44,792 bases of DNA. Source: an uncultured Burkholderiaceae bacterium. Lineage in GTDB: Bacteria > Pseudomonadota > Gammaproteobacteria > Burkholderiales > Burkholderiaceae_C. The stretch's first letter is position 1; the number at the start of each line of letters is the position of its first letter. Both the position numbers and the translations under genes were made by a program. The notes beneath the pieces were generated by a model that worked only from the letters and a program-made list of their open reading frames with translations, did not search any database and had not been told where the DNA came from. Where the stretch lies: positions 306 through 45,097 of the forward strand of contig CAZAIW010000001.1 in assembly GCA_964485285.1 (NCBI GenBank), read 5' to 3'. Below, one piece after another: positions 39,405 through 44,792 of the stretch.

Positions 39405-40586
39405 TTACATGCGCCCCGTCGCAAACAAGCCGTTCGGATCAAGCTGCTCGCGCAGCCTCTGGTTGAGCGCAGCCAGAACGGGTGTCAGCGGCTGAAAAGC
39501 CCCTGCCGCTTTATCGGTATCGCCACCGCTTTGACTGGCTCTGAAAAGAGTCGCATGCCCGCCAGCCTTGCTGGCTATGGCTTGCAGGGCGGCCTGCTCG
39601 CTAGCCCTTGCCCACAGCCATCTCTGGGCACCCTGCCACTCTATATATTGCGCCCCAGCCAGTGATTCGGGCAGTTCTAGCGCTGCTGTGGCGGCGGGAA
39701 GCGACAGTCGCCACAAACACAGATCGCCAGCAGGCGGCGTAAAAAACGACATGGCGTGGTTGTTTGCTGAGTGCCACACAGCAGAACTGCTTTCGGCTGG
39801 CAGTTCATAACCGCCGTGCTCAGCCCGCATGCGCTGACTGGCCGCAGCAACCGCTGCTTTGGCTCCGCGCAGTCGCACAAACAGCGCGTCTCGCCCCAGC
39901 TTGGTTCCGCGTGCATCGACCCATGCGCTGCTGTTGATTGGCAGCGGGAGCGCACGCCAGCGATTCAGCATCTCAAGCGCCTTGGCTTGGCCGACATCAA
40001 AACCTAGCGTGGCATCGGCAACAGGCACGGGCAGCACTTTGAGCGAGACATCGGTGATCAGCGCCAGCGTTCCCATCGAGCCCGCCATCAAGCGCGAGAC
40101 ATCGTAGCCCGCCACGTTTTTCATCACCGTGCCGCCAAAGCTTAAAACCTCGCCCGCGCCATTGACAACTTGCACGCCCAGCACGTGATCGCGCACACTG
40201 CCGCAGCTGGCGCGGGCCGAGCCGCTCAGACCCGTCGCCACCATGCCGCCAACGGTGGCCAATGTGTGCGATTGAGCATGCGGCGATTCAACCTTTGAAG
40301 GCTCAAACTGAGGTGGCTCAAACCTAGGAGGCTCAAAGGGCAGATATTGATTTTTTTCTGCCAGCGCCGCCTCCAGCTCGGCCAGCGGCGTGCCTGCGCG
40401 AGCCGTGACCACCAGCTCGCTCGGTTCGTAGCTCACGATGCCGCGATAGGAGCGCGTATCGAGCACGGCGTAGTCACCAAGCGCATTGCCATAAAAATCT
40501 TTGCTCCCACCGCCACGAATGCGCAGCGTGCGCCGATCAGCGCGGGCTTGGTTGATTTGGTCTTGGAGGGGTTGGAGAGGATTCAT
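39405..40586 (-). CDS. glcE: glycolate oxidase FAD-binding subunit
   Basis: Colinear with E. coli GlcE from memory: RGIVSYEPSELVVTARAGTPL, GGMVATGLSG, VRDHVLG, GGTVMKNVAGYDVSRLM, LWRLSLP, GGHATLFR, LDPNGLF. ATG 40586 (MNPLQPLQDQINQA) is preferred over 40601. Confidence 0.9.
   Translation of the reverse strand: MNPLQPLQDQINQARADRRTLRIRGGGSKDFYGNALGDYAVLDTRSYRGIVSYEPSELVVTARAGTPLAELEAALAEKNQYLPFEPPRFEPPQFEPSKVESPHAQSHTLATVGGMVATGLSGSARASCGSVRDHVLGVQVVNGAGEVLSFGGTVMKNVAGYDVSRLMAGSMGTLALITDVSLKVLPVPVADATLGFDVGQAKALEMLNRWRALPLPINSSAWVDARGTKLGRDALFVRLRGAKAAVAAASQRMRAEHGGYELPAESSSAVWHSANNHAMSFFTPPAGDLCLWRLSLPAATAALELPESLAGAQYIEWQGAQRWLWARASEQAALQAIASKAGGHATLFRASQSGGDTDKAAGAFQPLTPVLAALNQRLREQLDPNGLFATGRM
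40296..40340. repeat. three tandem 15-bp units (core ggctcaaa at 40300, 40315, 40330) inside glcE
   Basis: Read directly from the sequence. Encodes FEPPR-FEPPQ-FEPSK on the minus strand, at the point where E. coli GlcE has a single CEPPH. Confidence 0.85.
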
Positions 40587-40587
40587 A

Positions 40588-40974
40588 TCACCCACGCACA
40601 AACAAAGTGACTAAAGGCTCGTCGCCGATTTGGCAGCTCCAATGCCCGTGCAGCGCTGGGTCAAACGTAGCGCCCGGCGGCAAATGATCGGCGGAATAAA
40701 AATGCTCGCCCGCTTTAAATTCGCGCAGCGTGCCGTCTTGCAGTCCAATGCCCATGCGTCCTTGCAAAATAAACACCCACTGGGCGGCAGCGCCGGTGCA
40801 ATGGAATGAGCTGCGAAACCCCACCGGACTGTGGCGCAGCTGGTAGCCCGCGCTGGCAAACAGCTCCGAGAGCATCGCCGCTGGCGTGCCCTCGGTCAAG
40901 GCAAGGGTCTCGTCCCGAAAGCGTGCGCGTCCATCGCTATCGGTGAAAAGTATGGTTTTGGTGAAAGTCGTCAT
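40588..40974 (-). CDS. cupin domain protein (128 aa)
   Basis: Starts MTTFTKTILFTDSDGRARF. H...WVFILQGRMGIGLQDGTLREFKAGEHFY is a cupin beta-barrel pattern. The gene ends 1 nt before the glcE start. Confidence 0.6.
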   Translation of the reverse strand: MTTFTKTILFTDSDGRARFRDETLALTEGTPAAMLSELFASAGYQLRHSPVGFRSSFHCTGAAAQWVFILQGRMGIGLQDGTLREFKAGEHFYSADHLPPGATFDPALHGHWSCQIGDEPLVTLFVRG

Positions 40975-41007
40975 GGCGGCATCCTCAGCATTTGGCACAA
41001 TCATGCC

Positions 41008-42421
<1,414 letters not shown>

Positions 42422-42464
42422 GGTGAAATCCTTGCAAGAGTGCTTACGTTAAAGTCTCTTCATT

Positions 42465-43472
42465 ATGTTAGAAGTTTCCTTTCAACACTTTACGTGGCTC
42501 AGCCTTGCACGTAGCGATTTGGCGGCGCACGTGGAGGCCGTTCAAGAGCGCATACAAACCTTGTCCGGCAAGGGCCGTGCTTGCGCCATTGTGGACTTGC
42601 ACATCAGCGACTTGCAAAACGATGCGCTGCCCTCACACTTTGACTACACAGCCGAATACGACCTCTTGGTTTTTCGGCGCTTAACGGTGGGCGCAGGCGT
42701 GAACGAAGCACAGCTCATCCATGCCGACACCAGCCCCGTCGCCTTTGTGGTCATGGACAACGTGGTGCTCAGCGTCCACCCCGATGACTGCGCCGTGCGC
42801 AACGCTTTTGCCAAGCGCTTAGAGGACACGCCCGCGACAAGGCTACCGGCCAGCCCAGCCGAACTGATGCTGCGCATGGTCAACCAAATGGTGGACGCTT
42901 ATCTTGATCTGCGGCGCGAACTCACCCGCTCGCTCGAGCACTGGCAGCAGCTGCTGCTAAGTCCCTCCAAGCGCTTTGGCGACTGGGAAGCACTCTTACA
43001 GTCACGCATGAAGCTACATCAACTCGACGACATTTGCGAAGACCAACGCGCCGCCGTACAAGAGTGGATGGATGAGCTGAACACATGGACAACGCCTGCG
43101 TCTGATCCTGACACGGTGCGCGAGCACGAGCTGCTCAAAGTACGCTCGCGCGATGTGCTGGAGCATATTGAGCGCGTGGCGCACCACGTGCGGCGGCTAG
43201 AGCAAACGTTAGAGACGGCGGTACAAATTCACTTCTCCATCCAAGGCAACCGAACCAACGACATCATGCGCACACTGACGGCGCTCACCGCGATCTTTTT
43301 GCCGCTCAATTTGGTCACCGGATTTTTTGGCATGAACTTTGAATTTTTGCCCCTCATCCACCGCGGCGACGGTTTGTGGTGGGCAGTGGGCGCGATGCTT
43401 ACCGTGACCTCAGTTTTAGTCACGGTGTTTTTACGCAAGCGTTATTTGGCAAGGACGGGGAAGTCATCATGA
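42465..43472 (+). CDS. CorA-family divalent metal ion transporter
   Basis: Two C-terminal TM helices with the signature FFGMNFEFLP (GMN motif), and a long acidic helical cytoplasmic domain. Confidence 0.85.
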   Translation: MLEVSFQHFTWLSLARSDLAAHVEAVQERIQTLSGKGRACAIVDLHISDLQNDALPSHFDYTAEYDLLVFRRLTVGAGVNEAQLIHADTSPVAFVVMDNVVLSVHPDDCAVRNAFAKRLEDTPATRLPASPAELMLRMVNQMVDAYLDLRRELTRSLEHWQQLLLSPSKRFGDWEALLQSRMKLHQLDDICEDQRAAVQEWMDELNTWTTPASDPDTVREHELLKVRSRDVLEHIERVAHHVRRLEQTLETAVQIHFSIQGNRTNDIMRTLTALTAIFLPLNLVTGFFGMNFEFLPLIHRGDGLWWAVGAMLTVTSVLVTVFLRKRYLARTGKSS

Positions 43473-44230
43473 ATGCACCATCACAGCAAAAAGTAGCGCT
43501 CGTCACGGGCGGTAGCCGAGGCATAGGTGCAGCGGTGTGCCGCCAGTTGGCAGCCGAAGGTTATGCGGTTGTTGTGAACTATGCTGCCCGCCAAGCCTTA
43601 TCGGATGAGGTCTGCGAAAGCATTGCCTTGGCAGGCGGCGTGGCGATTGGCTTGCAGGCCGACGTGTCGGATGAAAATCAAATTTTGCGCCTTTTTGAGC
43701 ACATTGACGCGCGCTTTGGCAGGCTCGATGCACTGGTCAACAACGCCGGTGTTGTGGATGTGCGCTCGCGGGTGGATGAGATGTCAGTGGCGCGGCTTAG
43801 GCGCATGTTTGACATCAACATCATCGGCTCCTTTATCTGCGCACGCGAAGCCGTCAAACGCATGTCCACTTTGCACGGCGGCAGTGGCGGCGCGATTGTG
43901 AATGTGTCCAGTGCAGCGGCGCGGTTAGGCGGTGCAGGGCAGTATGTGGACTACGCCGCCAGCAAAGGCGCTATCGATACGTTCACGGCGGGACTGGCCA
44001 AAGAAGTCGCCACCGAAGGCATCCGCGTCAACGCCGTGCGACCGGGCATTATCGACACCGATATCCACGCCAGCGGCGGCGAGCCAAATCGCGCTGCGCA
44101 AATGGCACCGCAAGTTCCCATGCAGCGTGCGGGCTCGGCAGACGAAGTGGCCAACGCCATCGTGTGGTTGTTGTCGGACGCGGCAAGCTACGTCACCGGC
44201 ACAACATTGGACATCACAGGCGGACGCTAA
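43469..44230 (+). CDS. SDR-family oxidoreductase
   Basis: MNAPSQQKVALVTGGSRGIGAAV (TGxxxGIG), NNAG and YAASKGA (YxxxK). ATG 43469 forms an ATGA overlap with the CorA stop. Confidence 0.9.
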   Translation: MNAPSQQKVALVTGGSRGIGAAVCRQLAAEGYAVVVNYAARQALSDEVCESIALAGGVAIGLQADVSDENQILRLFEHIDARFGRLDALVNNAGVVDVRSRVDEMSVARLRRMFDINIIGSFICAREAVKRMSTLHGGSGGAIVNVSSAAARLGGAGQYVDYAASKGAIDTFTAGLAKEVATEGIRVNAVRPGIIDTDIHASGGEPNRAAQMAPQVPMQRAGSADEVANAIVWLLSDAASYVTGTTLDITGGR

Positions 44231-44248
44231 TTTTTTGAGGAACTTCAC

Positions 44249-44792
44249 ATGACCCACCCAACGCACATCACGCACCACATCAACGGCGCAGTGGCCAAAG
44301 GCTCCAGCACCCGCCACCAGCCTGTGTACAACCCCGCCACGGGGGCGGTCACCGGTCAGGTCAGCTTGGCCAATGTGGCCGATGTGAACGCTGCTGTTGC
44401 CGCCGCGCAAAAAGCCTTTCCCGCTTGGGCCGATACGCCCCCTCTTCGCCGCGCGCGTGTGATGTTCAAGTTCTTAGAGTTGATCAACCAAAACAAAGAC
44501 AAGCTGGCCCACATGATCACCGCCGAGCACGGCAAGGTGTTCACCGATGCGCAGGGTGAGGTCAGCCGTGGCATCGACATCGTCGAGTTCGCCTCCGGCA
44601 TTCCCCAGTTGCTCAAGGGCGACTACACCGAACAAGTGTCTACGGGCATCGACAACTGGACCATGCGCCAGCCGCTTGGCGTGGTGGCAGGTATCACCCC
44701 GTTCAACTTCCCCGTCATGGTGCCTGCGTGGATGTTCCCCTTGGCCATTGCGGCAGGCAACACCTTTGTGCTCAAGCCCAGCCCGATTGTCC
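44249..44792 (+). CDS. mmsA: CoA-acylating methylmalonate-semialdehyde dehydrogenase, N-terminal part (3' end outside window)
   Basis: An open frame from ATG 44249 (GAGGAA upstream) to the window end: [15 protein letters not shown]...[12 protein letters not shown]...[20 protein letters not shown]...[22 protein letters not shown]...[31 protein letters not shown]. Absent from the ORF track because it has no stop codon in the window. Confidence 0.85.
   Translation, partial: MTHPTHITHHINGAVAKGSSTRHQPVYNPATGAVTGQVSLANVADVNAAVAAAQKAFPAWADTPPLRRARVMFKFLELINQNKDKLAHMITAEHGKVFTDAQGEVSRGIDIVEFASGIPQLLKGDYTEQVSTGIDNWTMRQPLGVVAGITPFNFPVMVPAWMFPLAIAAGNTFVLKPSPIV

Overview
This is a 44.8-kb chromosomal segment from a high-GC betaproteobacterium. 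Gene order and protein signatures (argS-SPOR-dsbA, DUF3567/DUF3108, PhaM-like, OxyR next to recG) look Burkholderiales/Comamonadaceae-like, but the taxon cannot be verified without a search. About 50 tightly packed genes are present, many with ATGA/GTGA start-stop overlaps, and most are housekeeping. Translation, tRNA and DNA functions: argS (3' end), fmt, tgt, queA, def, recG, dprA. Envelope redox functions: dsbA, a ScsB/DsbD-like reductase, msrP, oxyR. Cofactor and central metabolism: ubiA, panBCD, hemB, glcB, glcE, glcF, mmsA (5' end). I found no rRNA, tRNA, CRISPR array, transposase or integrase. Clearly accessory content is limited to two small, visibly AT-richer toxin-antitoxin cassettes (BrnT/BrnA at 2.5-3.0 kb, PIN toxin plus antitoxin at 38.7-39.3 kb) and a lower-GC two-gene module between recG and oxyR. 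The points most worth a second look are these. (1) A copper-acquisition-type cluster at 26.5-33.1 kb: two TonB-dependent receptors, a DUF2946 CxxC ORF, YcnI, PCuAC and a TonB C-domain-only ORF. A perfect 10-bp intrinsic terminator sits between the DUF2946 ORF and its receptor, suggesting an attenuator. (2) hemB is interrupted by one in-frame TAG. (3) The glcE...glcF pair is split by 3.3 kb of foreign-looking genes and interleaved with the pan genes. This stretch includes a DUF1016 gene that has lost its nuclease core in frame, and a PIN TA cassette flanked by a 20-nt direct duplication of the neighbouring gene's translation start region. (4) A ScsB-like reductase and msrP form an apparent operon with no msrQ. 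(5) def and fmt are separated by about 23 kb, in a geometry that one inversion would explain. (6) An output-less 4-helix-bundle/HAMP sensor is preceded by a small unknown ORF and a C9 tract. I did not find a convincing, wholly novel multi-gene system. These items are candidates and all need database or experimental checks.
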